A stretch of 39,100 nucleotides of DNA, taken from Candidatus Woesearchaeota archaeon. Its GTDB lineage: Archaea; Nanobdellota; Nanobdellia; Woesearchaeales; GW2011-AR4. The translations under genes and the position numbers were made by a program. Positions 9,846 through 19,222 of this stretch are shown here, piece by piece. The DNA is taken from NCBI GenBank assembly GCA_016185805.1, contig JACPMW010000009.1:1-39100 (forward strand). The letters are read 5' to 3'. Every line of letters begins with the position of its first letter. The first letter of the stretch is position 1. The notes beneath the pieces were generated by a model. It was not told the origin of the DNA and made no database searches. It saw nothing but the letters and a program-made list of their open reading frames with translations.

Positions 9846-11102
9846 ATGTCAGTCCCATTGTATATTAAGATTTTGCTGTGGAGTTCTTACCTCATCTCAT
9901 TATATTTCGCTATTTTCTGGTTTCTTGTTTTGCTGGACAAAGAGCAAAAGCCAAAAGCAAAAAAGCTAAGCAAATTCCCAAAAGTCAGCATAGTTATACC
10001 AGCTTATAATGAAGAAAAAAACATAACTACAACATTAAAGTCATTGGTTAGTCTTAATTATCCAAAAAACAGGCTTGAGATAATTGTTGTGAATGACGGC
10101 AGCAAGGACAATACAAAAAATGCTGTCAGCAGGTTTATAGCGGAAAACAGGAAATTTGACATCAGGCTGCTAAACAAGAGAAATGAAGGCAAAGGGGCTG
10201 CGCTGAATGACGCTTTGAAGATTGCAAAAGGAGATTTCTTTGTGTGCCTTGATGCAGACTCAATCGTGACAAGGGATGCGCTGTCAAAAATACTGCCGCA
10301 TTTCACAGATGAGAATATTGCTGTTGTGCTTCCTCTGCTGAAGGTCGAGAAGCCGAAGAATTTGTGGCAGAAGATGCAGTGGCTTGAGTACATCATCAAC
10401 ATGTTCTACAAGAAGCTCATGAGCAGGCTGAATTGTGTGCATGTATCACCAGGCCCGTTTTCAGTTTATAGGACTGGTATATTAAGGAAAGTTAATGGCT
10501 TTGACGAGGACAATCTTACAGAGGACTTGGAGATAACCTTGAGGCTGCAGAGCAAAAACTATAGGATAGTGCAATTGCTTGATGCAGAAGTATTCACCCT
10601 TGCTCCAAAAACATTCAGGGAGCTGTATAAGCAGAGAAACAGGTGGTACAAAGGCTCTGTCATTAACGCATTCAAATACAGGCACATGATGTTTAACAAA
10701 AAGTATGGGGACTTTGGCATGATACAGATGCCCACAATTATTGTGTCAGGGTTGATCGCAGTCATTCTTGTGTCATCTGCCATCTACTATGGGCTGAAGC
10801 CTTACTTCAAGGCTTTGTACAACTCCTTCTTTATAGATTTTGATTTTTACACTTTGATGAAAACATTCAAATTTGATTTCAGCCTTTTGGACCTGAATTA
10901 CATGGCCATACTGGTTGCCCTTATAATGCTGTCAATCACAATCTTTATAATAAGAAAATCGCATGCAGAGACTAATGAGAACCCAAAAAGGCATGGATTC
11001 TTCTCGCTGATTTCCTATATATTCTTCTATTTCTTGGTGATAGGGTTTATATGGATTGGCATAATATTTGACTTGGCGTTTGGCAAAAAACAGAAGTGGT
11101 AG
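9846..11102 (+). CDS. Membrane-bound GT2 glycosyltransferase (processive/CESA-like)
   Basis: IPAYNEE, VNDGSKD, GKGAALN, LDADS, LTED, QRNRW motif; flanking TM helices. Confidence 0.92.
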   Translation: MSVPLYIKILLWSSYLISLYFAIFWFLVLLDKEQKPKAKKLSKFPKVSIVIPAYNEEKNITTTLKSLVSLNYPKNRLEIIVVNDGSKDNTKNAVSRFIAENRKFDIRLLNKRNEGKGAALNDALKIAKGDFFVCLDADSIVTRDALSKILPHFTDENIAVVLPLLKVEKPKNLWQKMQWLEYIINMFYKKLMSRLNCVHVSPGPFSVYRTGILRKVNGFDEDNLTEDLEITLRLQSKNYRIVQLLDAEVFTLAPKTFRELYKQRNRWYKGSVINAFKYRHMMFNKKYGDFGMIQMPTIIVSGLIAVILVSSAIYYGLKPYFKALYNSFFIDFDFYTLMKTFKFDFSLLDLNYMAILVALIMLSITIFIIRKSHAETNENPKRHGFFSLISYIFFYFLVIGFIWIGIIFDLAFGKKQKW

Positions 11103-11103
11103 C

Positions 11104-11793
11104 ATGAGAAGCTTAAGCAAAGACAAATACATTATCGCAGGGCTGATCACCCTTGGAATATTTCTTTTGGGGCTTTTCCTTGGATTGGCTATAGAGGGCA
11201 AAAGGGTCAATTACATAGAATCAGCCGGCAAAAGGCAAAATCTTGACTTTAGCAGCCTGCAGCTGCAGTATGCATTCATAGACCAGCTGAGCCAGGAGAA
11301 AAATTGCCTTGCTGTGCAGAAAACCTTTGAGCAGAACATAAACAATCTCGAGTCAACCAGGATAAGGCTTGAGAATTTTGACAGAGATGCCACTTTAAAC
11401 AAGAACGAGCTGGACATCTTGAAGAACGAATACATACTTGCCCAGATAAGGTACTGGCTCCTTGCGGAAAGGACACGGGAGCTTTGCGGCGCTGATGTTG
11501 TGAGCATCCTGTATTTTTTCTCTGACGAAAAGGAATGCCCTGATTGCGAGAGACAGGCATTTGTATTGACTTACTTAAAGAAGAAATTTGAGGACAAATT
11601 GCTAATATTTTCCTTTGATTCAAAATTTGAATCAGAGCCTATGATACCCCTGCTTAAGAATACCTACAATGTCTCGAGCTATCCTACTATTGTTGTAGAA
11701 GGCAGGCCCAAAAAAGGTTTTCAGGACAAGGACATCATTCTAAAAGAGCTGTGCAGCTATTACAGGGAAAAGACTGAAGACTGTGCAAAATGA
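11104..11793 (+). CDS. Membrane-anchored protein with thioredoxin-like C-terminal domain
   Basis: N-terminal TM helix, CPDC, YNVSSYPTIVV. Start moved to ATG 11104, just after the upstream stop. Confidence 0.75.
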   Translation: MRSLSKDKYIIAGLITLGIFLLGLFLGLAIEGKRVNYIESAGKRQNLDFSSLQLQYAFIDQLSQEKNCLAVQKTFEQNINNLESTRIRLENFDRDATLNKNELDILKNEYILAQIRYWLLAERTRELCGADVVSILYFFSDEKECPDCERQAFVLTYLKKKFEDKLLIFSFDSKFESEPMIPLLKNTYNVSSYPTIVVEGRPKKGFQDKDIILKELCSYYREKTEDCAK

Positions 11794-13080
11794 TCTTCAA
11801 GAACAAATTAATTTATTTAATTATACTTGTGTTTTTCATTGCCAAGCTATTCACACTATCAGCTTACAAGGCAATTTGGTGGGATGCTTCTGTGTATATT
11901 GGCATGGGCAAATACATTTATTCTCTTGGAAATGCTGGATTGTGGGAGCCCTCAAGGCCTCTGATATGGCCGCTTATGCTTGGATTATTGCCAAAGTTCG
12001 GGGTTCTGGCTGGAATGGTGCTGGACATAGTTTTTGGAAGCCTTGTTATCTTTCTGACCTACTTGATAGGAAAAGAAATATTTAGCGAGAAAACAGGGCT
12101 ATTTGCGGCTTTTTTGCTTGCAATCTCCCCCACATTCTTCTTCTTCAACGGAATAATGCTCACAGAAATTGTCTCGACCTTTTTTTCCCTGTTGGCTGTC
12201 TATCTTTTGCTTAGGAACAAGCACTTTCTTTCAGGAGTTTTTTTTGGAGCTGCATTCCTAACAAGGTTTTTGCAGTTGCTTGCATTTATAGCCGTTGTTC
12301 TGGCATTAATATACAATAAAAAATTCAAATCCAAAATATTTCTTGGCTTTGCAATAGCGGTTTTGCCTTATTTGATTGCCAACCAAATATTGTACAATAA
12401 TGCGCTTTTTCCATTTTTTCAGCAATTATTTTACGGAGCTGTTCAGGGAAAACTTCCTCTATCTGCTGTTCATAGCTGGAATTGCATTGCCATTCAAAAA
12501 GCCAAACAGCAGATTTATTGTATTCCCTTTGATTATACTATTTTTGTTTTTTAATATTATCAGGCAAAAAGAGGTGAGGTTTTTGATTATGCTGCTGCCT
12601 TATATGTATTTGCTTGTATCTTATGCTTTGGTATATTTTATAGACCTTAAAAACTCCTTTAAGAATGCTGTAATATTTTTGATACTGGCTTTATTCATTC
12701 TTTCTGCAATAAGAATATCAATATTTCTTGATTCAGAATCAAATAAATCTGATAAATACGAGGCTTTGCAAAGCAGGCTTGAAGAGGCAAAAGGCAATAT
12801 ATGGATTTCAAGCCCCATAATAGCTGCAGAAAGCGGCAAAAAAATCAGCAAGCTTGTGTATTATCCGGTATTTTGGCAGGACTTTGATGAAACGCTCCTT
12901 GAATCAAAGAAAGCTGACTTCATATTCCTTGACACATGCGATTTGGACTGCAGGCCATTTGACTTGGAATGTGGGGATAACAAGAAAAAAATGATAGCTT
13001 TCTTTAAGCAGAATTTTAACCAGATTTATTCAAAACAAGGTGATTGCCAGCAGTTTGTTTTTAAGAGATATAGCAAATGA
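11790..13080 (+). pseudogene. GT-C/PMT-like membrane glycosyltransferase split by a frameshift near 12410-12430
   Basis: Frame 1 (11790-12554) has WWDASVY, EPSRP, LTEI and TM helices. Frame 2 (12376-13080) continues with YFTELFRENF, KEVRF and further TM helices. Confidence 0.75.
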
Positions 13081-13113
13081 CACAACTTTTTAGACATAGA
13101 AATGTCATTTGCT

Positions 13114-13187
13114 TGTCGAAAATCAAAGATTTTCGAGCATGCTCGGAAATTGTAACAATCCATTATATATTTTTGCAATTTCCGACA
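13114..13187. repeat. Cruciform intergenic repeat, copy 2
   Basis: TGTC GAAAATCAAAGATTTTC GAGCATGCTC GGAAATTG...CAATTTCC GACA; lies between convergent genes. Confidence 0.85.
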
Positions 13188-13269
13188 TATTACGAGAAGA
13201 CAACAATTCCTCTCCAAGAGGGCTTTGAACTCTGTTCAAAAGTCTAATAACTTTTGTCTTCGAGTATAG

Positions 13270-13725
13270 TTATTTCTTTATTTTAATAAAATCCCCCAAT
13301 GTAAAGCCTTCAATGCTTTTCCTGCCGGACTTGAAAGCATCCTCTTTGTACTCCTCAACCAGTTTTATCCCAAGGAATTTCTCGAGCTTTCTTGCCAGAT
13401 TGATAGGAGGTGCAAAAGCCCCTGTTTCTATCTTGCTTATGATAACCTCTTTTTCATTTATCCTGTTTGCAAATTCTTTTTGTGTCAGTCCCATTGATTC
13501 CCTTTTTTTCTTTATGATTTCAGGATAATCTTCAACAATTAATTCAGTTTTTTCTTTTTCCTCCCTTTTTTGGAGCTGCATGTGCTGCTCTTTTGGGCTT
13601 GGCCGCTTGGGAGCAGAAATGACTTTTCCAAACTTGGCGCAGTCAGCGCAGACGTCTAAATTAACTCCTTCAATTATCGCTTTTGCCAGGCTTTCTGTTG
13701 TCTTTCCGCACAGGTCGCAATTCAT
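13270..13725 (-). CDS. Archaeal multiprotein bridging factor MBF1 (Zn ribbon + Cro-like HTH)
   Basis: CDLCG...VCADCAKFG, GLTQKEFANRINEK..ISKIETG, C-terminal TLGD. Confidence 0.92.
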   Translation of the reverse strand: MNCDLCGKTTESLAKAIIEGVNLDVCADCAKFGKVISAPKRPSPKEQHMQLQKREEKEKTELIVEDYPEIIKKKRESMGLTQKEFANRINEKEVIISKIETGAFAPPINLARKLEKFLGIKLVEEYKEDAFKSGRKSIEGFTLGDFIKIKK

Positions 13726-14034
13726 TTCTAATCACCGATTATGGTTATGATTATTCTTCTATTATTTCTAGGTTATATGGTCCAATTGATAAACGCGACC
13801 TTATATATTTTACTTATCAGTAAAATACTTTATAGTCTTCAAAATATATATTTCAGTAGCACTGCCCACTGGACATTCCCCGACGTAGACTATTTAAACT
13901 CATTCTACCATTTTTTGATAATTTTTGAGATTTTAAATCAACTTAAAATATCTCGACTGTTAAATTATAATTTTTGTTATAACTATATAAAAATCATTTA
14001 GATAGTCTCAATTAAGAAAACTTAGTGATTTAAA

Positions 14035-15222
14035 ATGAATAATCAAAAAATCGGAAATTTAGAATCGCTTAATAAGCAAGTCTATGATGAAATCCATTGG
14101 TGGCAGTTTCCTTTAGCCGAATTTTCGATTAAATTAAATAAAAATTTTAAAGATATATTTTTTAATAAAATTATATCTAAAAGAAGCAAATCTTTAGAGT
14201 TTGCCTCTTATATGAACAATAGATCTAAAAAATATCATAAAGACTGGAATTTCAAGAGACAAAGAGCACTTATTTGGGACTATAAAATCAATGCCGAATT
14301 TGTGCCAGCATGGTTTGTTTATGAATCTGTTATGTATTTAAAAATGGATTTGCTAGAAATAGAAGAAAATATAATAGCATATTTAACTTTTAGGGGTAGA
14401 ACTATAGTTCATCCGAAATTACCTGTAGAGGTTAAACCCGAATTCTCAAGTTTAATTGCCCACATGATATGTGATGGAACTGTAAGAGAAGATAGATTCT
14501 TTTACTTCCAAAAGGATAAAGATGGATTGAAAAGGTTTATAGAACTAATTCAGAATGTATTTGGAAACTATTCTACAAATCCTCAAAGAGGTCACACAGT
14601 TCCTTTGATTTTTAAAGAAGTAATATCCTCCTATTTTAAAGCATCTAAATTTGGAAGTCTAGATTGCAACTTAACAAACAAAATTTTTGAGCTTCCTCGA
14701 TTGCATAAAGTGGCAATTTTAGCTGGAGCCCTATTGGATGATGGGCACTCTGTGTCATGCATTAGATTTTATACTGCTAGTTTGGATTTTGCTCAAAGTT
14801 TAAAAAGGCTTTCAGAATCTATTGGTTATAAATGTACACCCATAATTAAAAGAAAACCTGATGCCGAAAATTGGCATAATTTATACACGTTTAATATCTC
14901 CGCTGAAAGCATACCTAAGTTCTACCAAGACCTTACAGAACTATTTGAACTCTATCCAAAACTACATATAGGGAAGAAATATGATAATATCAGAAAATTT
15001 GTTGAAATAAAAAACAGAGCTTGGGAACAGAGGGCTAAAGGGGAAACTATAAAAATAATTTTAGACACTCTAAAAGAAAATGGAAGAAGTGCTCAAGAAC
15101 TAAGTGAAATAACAAATACTTCTTTATGGACAGTTTATCATCATTTACAAAAACTTATAAAAAGAGGAAAATTAACTAAATTCAAAAAATATAAGGATAC
15201 ATTTGTTTATAGGTTAGTTTGA
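14035..15222 (+). CDS. Free-standing two-motif LAGLIDADG-like protein with C-terminal winged HTH
   Basis: LIAHMICDGT and LAGALLDDGHS motifs, IRFYTAS; C-terminal SAQELSEITNTSLWTVYHHLQKLIKRG; AT-rich. Confidence 0.75.
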   Translation: MNNQKIGNLESLNKQVYDEIHWWQFPLAEFSIKLNKNFKDIFFNKIISKRSKSLEFASYMNNRSKKYHKDWNFKRQRALIWDYKINAEFVPAWFVYESVMYLKMDLLEIEENIIAYLTFRGRTIVHPKLPVEVKPEFSSLIAHMICDGTVREDRFFYFQKDKDGLKRFIELIQNVFGNYSTNPQRGHTVPLIFKEVISSYFKASKFGSLDCNLTNKIFELPRLHKVAILAGALLDDGHSVSCIRFYTASLDFAQSLKRLSESIGYKCTPIIKRKPDAENWHNLYTFNISAESIPKFYQDLTELFELYPKLHIGKKYDNIRKFVEIKNRAWEQRAKGETIKIILDTLKENGRSAQELSEITNTSLWTVYHHLQKLIKRGKLTKFKKYKDTFVYRLV

Positions 15223-15621
15223 TGCTACTATGGTTACTATTATTTTACGGTTACTTCTAGGTCCATCGAGTTCGCAAAATTGAAGTGCCTGCCACCGTCC
15301 TAACGCTAGTTTACCATTTTTTATTGGTATCGTCTCGCTTGGCCCCAAAATTGCTGATTTTATGTGGGAGTCTGCGTTGCCGTCAATCCTGTCATGCCTC
15401 CAGATTCCGCTTGGGATAAGCTTGCTTAATGCATCAAGCAGGTCAAGGCATATATTCGGGTCATAGTTCTCATTTATAATTATTGCTGCTGTCGCATGCG
15501 CTGCAAAAACACTGCAAATGCCGTTTTTTATCTTTGATTTTTTAAGGATGGAACTGATTTTGCCTGTTATGTCTATCAATTCCTGCTTTTTTCCTGTTGA
15601 TATTGTGAATTCTTCCTGCAT
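15214..15621 (-). CDS. YjbQ/UPF0047 family protein
   Basis: HATAAIIINEN, H...DGNADSHIKS, LGRWQ, ELDGPR. Confidence 0.92.
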   Translation of the reverse strand: MQEEFTISTGKKQELIDITGKISSILKKSKIKNGICSVFAAHATAAIIINENYDPNICLDLLDALSKLIPSGIWRHDRIDGNADSHIKSAILGPSETIPIKNGKLALGRWQALQFCELDGPRSNRKIIVTIVASN

Positions 15622-15675
15622 AATGCAAGTATTGATTAATAATATTTAAATATAATCTAAAGATAATCTGTTTCT

Positions 15676-16158
15676 ATGAAAGTAATATGCGTTACAGGCA
15701 TCCCGGCCACTGGAAAGACAACCATAGCCAAGAAACTGGCTGAAAAATACCATTTTCAAAATTTTGATGTCAGCAGGGCTGTTGCTAAATACAGACTGGC
15801 AGAAGGCTATGACAAAAAGAGAAAGACAAAAGTAATAGATACCAAAAAGCTGAACAAGTTTCTTATTAATCATATTAGCCAGCTTAAAGCAGATAAAAAA
15901 ATAAGAGGGATAATAATTGACTCGCACCTCTCTCATTATTTGCCCAAAAAATATGTTAATCTGGTTGTCGTCACAAAGTGCGATATCAAAGAGTTGAATA
16001 AAAGGCTCAAAAAAAGAAGATATTCACAAGACAAAATAAAGGAGAATCTGCAGGCAGAGATATTTAACATTTGCTGCAATGAGGCTTTTGAAGGAAAGCA
16101 CAAAATCATTGTTATAGACACAACAAAAGGCTTTAATATAAACAGGATAAAAATATAA
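15676..16158 (+). CDS. Adenylate kinase 6 (Fap7/hCINAP-like)
   Basis: VTGIPATGKTT, IIDSH (hhh[D/E]xH), RLKKRRYSQDKIKENLQAE. Confidence 0.88.
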   Translation: MKVICVTGIPATGKTTIAKKLAEKYHFQNFDVSRAVAKYRLAEGYDKKRKTKVIDTKKLNKFLINHISQLKADKKIRGIIIDSHLSHYLPKKYVNLVVVTKCDIKELNKRLKKRRYSQDKIKENLQAEIFNICCNEAFEGKHKIIVIDTTKGFNINRIKI

Positions 16159-16160
16159 AA

Positions 16161-16529
16161 ATGAAGATAAAGATTGTGTCTGGGGAAATTTCCGCAGTTG
16201 CTGATATTAAGAACACTCCAACAGCAAAAGCTGTTTACAATGCTTTGCCTATTGAAGCATCGGCAAACAGGTGGGGAGACGAGATTTATTTCCCGATTCC
16301 TGTCAAGCTTGATGCCGAGCCGGATGCAAAAGATGTAGTTGGGCAAGGGGATGTTGCATATTGGCCTGAAGGAGCATGCTTCTGCATATTCTGGGGAAAG
16401 ACTCCTGCATCAAAAGGCAATGAGATACGGGCTGCTTCTGAAGTGAATGTGTTTGGCAAAATAAAAGGAGATGCAAAGGTTTTTGAAAAAATCAAGAATG
16501 GAGACTTGATTATTCTTGAAAAAGCATGA
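16161..16529 (+). CDS. Cyclophilin-like fold protein (TM1367/DUF369-like)
   Basis: LPIEASANRWGDEIYF, GDVAYWPEGACFCIFWGKTP. Confidence 0.88.
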   Translation: MKIKIVSGEISAVADIKNTPTAKAVYNALPIEASANRWGDEIYFPIPVKLDAEPDAKDVVGQGDVAYWPEGACFCIFWGKTPASKGNEIRAASEVNVFGKIKGDAKVFEKIKNGDLIILEKA

Positions 16530-17644
16530 AAAAGCAGATTTCAGGCATAGACCTGCATTTTTTATTGAAAGAGTTTGAGATACTTAAAGATTCAAGGATA
16601 GACAAGATTTACCAGCCTGAAAAAGAATTGGTAATTTTAAGCCTGTACAAGACAAATGCAGGCAAGAGGCTTTTGAGGATAGAAACAGGAAAATCAATTT
16701 TCATAGCAGAGCAAAAAGAAGCCTATGAAGAGATTCTTGGCTTCGGCCAGTTCCTAAGAAAGCATCTGGATGGGTATTTCTTAATTGGCATTGGGCAGCT
16801 CAAGCCCGAGAGGATATTGAAATTAATTTTCAAGGCAAAAGGCGAGAGAAAATATCTTTACATTGAAATGCTTGGCAAGGGGAATGCGATATTATGCGAT
16901 GAAAATAATATAATTTTGAATGCGCTTGAGCAGCACGATTTCAGGGAAAGGTCAATAAGGCCGAAGCTGAAATATTCATATCCAATGATGAGCTACAATT
17001 TGTTTGATTTAAAGGAAGATGATATTTTCAAGATGCTTCAGGAATCCAAAAAAGAGTCGCTAGTCATTTCTTTGGCCACAGAATTGGGCTTAGGTGGTCT
17101 TTATTCTGAGGAAATTTGCCTGTTGTCCGGCATTGACAAAAACATCATGCCAAAAAATGTTGATGAAAAACAGTCTCATTTAATGCTAAATTCAATAAAA
17201 AAAATAATCAGCCATGAGATTGATGCAAAAGTAATTCTTGAGAATGGTAACGTCATTGATTTCATTCCGTTTGAATTTGAATATTATCAGGACAAAAAAT
17301 ATGCCAAAAAATCATTCAACACATTCAATGAGGCAGTTTCATTTTTCTATTCCCAATTCAAGGAATTGAAGGAGACAGAGCAGGAAAAAAGAATAAAGTC
17401 CTTGCAAAGGATAATCGGGCAGCAGAAGCAGACAATTGAAGAATTGAGGAAGGAAGAGCATGAGTCAAGGCAGAAAGGCGAGTTGATTTACCACAATTAC
17501 CAGCTGATTAAGGAAGTTTTGGATGAGTTGAACAAGGCAAACAAGAAATATTCCTGGAAGGAAATCAAAGAGAAATTGAAAGGGCATAAGACAATCAAGG
17601 AGCTTAACGATAAAGACAGGAAGGTTGTGGTGGAGATAGAGTAA
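16526..17644 (+). CDS. NFACT/Rqc2 (FbpA-like) protein, N-terminal domains only
   Basis: RIDKIYQ, FLRKHL, ERIL, IEMLGKGNAIL, GLGGLYSEEIC, coiled coil, KGELIY; ends at 372 aa. Confidence 0.85.
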   Translation: MKKQISGIDLHFLLKEFEILKDSRIDKIYQPEKELVILSLYKTNAGKRLLRIETGKSIFIAEQKEAYEEILGFGQFLRKHLDGYFLIGIGQLKPERILKLIFKAKGERKYLYIEMLGKGNAILCDENNIILNALEQHDFRERSIRPKLKYSYPMMSYNLFDLKEDDIFKMLQESKKESLVISLATELGLGGLYSEEICLLSGIDKNIMPKNVDEKQSHLMLNSIKKIISHEIDAKVILENGNVIDFIPFEFEYYQDKKYAKKSFNTFNEAVSFFYSQFKELKETEQEKRIKSLQRIIGQQKQTIEELRKEEHESRQKGELIYHNYQLIKEVLDELNKANKKYSWKEIKEKLKGHKTIKELNDKDRKVVVEIE

Positions 17645-17666
17645 GGACAGAAACAATAGCTTTCCG

Positions 17667-18029
17667 CTATAATTTTTTATATCCAAATTTCTTATCATAC
17701 TCTTTGTGATCCATAAACTCAAGAAGGACAGAAATGATCTCAAATTCATTGCCCACGATGGTGTAGAGTATTCTCCAATATCCTGGCAAGTCTATTTTCC
17801 ATAAGTTTGTTACTCCATACTGAGCGACATATTCTTTTGGAATTTTGCTCTTCTCAATCTGGGTGCCCCTGTGCATGTCAACGCGGAGGTTGCCTTCCTC
17901 CCGTTCAATGGCCTTAAGAAGCTGCCTGTGAAATTTACCGTCTTTTTCCTTGACAGCTTCGCGGAGCTTTTTTAGCTGCTCTTCAAAGAGCGGAGAATGC
18001 CTCACCCTAACAGCCTTGGAAGTCTTCAT
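17667..18029 (-). CDS. RelE/ParE-like toxin
   Basis: 120 aa, basic; LWKIDLPGYWRILYTI...FMDHKEYDKKF; 1 bp from upstream small gene. Confidence 0.7.
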   Translation of the reverse strand: MKTSKAVRVRHSPLFEEQLKKLREAVKEKDGKFHRQLLKAIEREEGNLRVDMHRGTQIEKSKIPKEYVAQYGVTNLWKIDLPGYWRILYTIVGNEFEIISVLLEFMDHKEYDKKFGYKKL

Positions 18030-18030
18030 C

Positions 18031-18285
18031 CTATATGCTATTCTCCAATAATTTCTTCATCTTGGGGCTTTCGTTATGCACCCAGAGGACGCCTTTGCTT
18101 CCTGTCATAATAACTCCCTTATCTTCCAGATAGTTCAGAATGATATTGAGTGTTTGCCTCATAACCTGCTTGGGAAGGCGCCTTTGCAGTTCGCTTTTGG
18201 AGATGGCAAGTTCAGCATTCTTTAGCACTTCCTCTACCATGAGGACAGTGTCCAATCGCGGGTAATGCAGTACTTCTTGCGGCAT
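18031..18285 (-). CDS. Small winged-HTH protein, putative antitoxin
   Basis: 84 aa; SKSELQRRLPKQVMRQTLNIILNYLEDKGVI; GAGGT RBS-like and TATA upstream; precedes toxin. Confidence 0.7.
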   Translation of the reverse strand: MPQEVLHYPRLDTVLMVEEVLKNAELAISKSELQRRLPKQVMRQTLNIILNYLEDKGVIMTGSKGVLWVHNESPKMKKLLENSI

Positions 18286-18365
18286 GATGTTAACCTCTGT
18301 ATAGACTTATCTATATATAAACTTATATATAAATGTTTTGGTTTTTTGTAAAAGCTGTCAATGGA

Positions 18366-18465
18366 AAAAACTTAGGAGAGCGAACCCGTATAATCTACAG
18401 AGATTATGCGAAGCCACCAACTTAAAGGACTTTCGGTTTAACGCTAACAGCGGCAGCTCAAAAAA
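18366..18465 (+). repeat. Degenerate direct copy of the right end of cassette 2 (24742-24839)
   Basis: Shared blocks AAAAACTTAGGAGA, GCGAACC, a palindrome (CGTATAATCT-ACAG-AGATTATGCG vs CATATAATAT-ACAC-ATATTATATG), GAAG, GCTCAAAAA. Confidence 0.75.
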
Positions 18466-18507
18466 TGTTAGAGGAGCACCGCAACCCCTTTGATGGGGTG
18501 AGGAGCG

Positions 18508-18535
18508 GACTCGCTTAAAATGTGTTATATGCAAT
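18508..18535. other. dif/attI-like tyrosine-recombinase site, left boundary of island
   Basis: GACTCGCTTAA-AATGTG-TTATATGCAAT: 11-6-11 with TAA/TTA inner ends and GTT core. Confidence 0.6.
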
Positions 18536-18804
18536 GAGGCTTTGATGCCGAATGACATTTCTTACGCCCTAAAACTTATTCTTCCTGTACATCACGCAAG
18601 AATGAGTAATGTTCCGTTAGGCTTTGCGCTTAATCCCACGTTGTACGCATTACTTGTAGTGCGTGTTTGCAGGATTAAGCGAAAGGGAGAAGGCTAAGTT
18701 TTAGGTTTAACTATAGACAAAGAGGCAGTTCGTTTCGTTTTTCGTTAGGGGGAGTTCCTAATAAAGAATTATATTTAAATAGTAGATACGCTCTCAAGTC
18801 ATTT

Positions 18805-19017
18805 ATGGCAACAAATATTAGTATGATAGGTTTGCTTGAAAGGCATCAGAAATTGGTTGATGAGATAGCTGAAAGAGTAGCTGAATTAGAAGCTATGAAA
18901 AAGATATTAAAATACCATATCTCAGAGCAAAAAAGGCAAGGTGGTTCTATGTATGGTACAACTGATGAATATAGATATGACAAAAATAAGAAGGAGTATG
19001 TTAGAGTGGTGGAATAA
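18805..19017 (+). CDS. Small hypothetical coiled-coil protein
   Basis: 70-aa ORF; TATATTTAAAT about 25-35 bp upstream. Confidence 0.65.
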   Translation: MATNISMIGLLERHQKLVDEIAERVAELEAMKKILKYHISEQKRQGGSMYGTTDEYRYDKNKKEYVRVVE

Positions 19018-19166
19018 TGGTAGAAATAAGAGATGAAGTTCTTGAAGCTTGGAGGAAGTTGAAGGCGAATAATCAAAGAATTAAGGAAATCATAAAAGAG
19101 AATGAAAGTTTAGAGGAAAAATTAACGAGGTATTTTAAAGCAAGAAAAGCACATAAGAACAGGTAA
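19017..19166 (+). CDS. Small hypothetical coiled-coil protein (49 aa)
   Basis: Absent from the ORF track. TAATG coupling to the previous ORF, GGTGG upstream; MVEIRDEVLEAWRKLKANNQRIKEIIKENESLEEKLTRYFKARKAHKNR. Confidence 0.6.
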   Translation: MVEIRDEVLEAWRKLKANNQRIKEIIKENESLEEKLTRYFKARKAHKNR

Positions 19167-19222
19167 AAATTTTCTTTCAAAATCTTTAAAATTGTTAATA
19201 AAATAGCTACAACATGATTAAT

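Noticed and set aside
13741..14001. 86-aa hydrophobic ORF
   Set aside because: Composition is explained by very AT-rich intergenic DNA; no recognisable motif.
14035..15222. Intein or intron-encoded endonuclease
   Set aside because: No N-terminal Cys/Ser or C-terminal His-Asn splice motifs, and no interrupted host gene.
18358..18558. 66-aa minus-strand ORF
   Set aside because: Overlies the repeat remnant and left recombination-like site; likely spurious.
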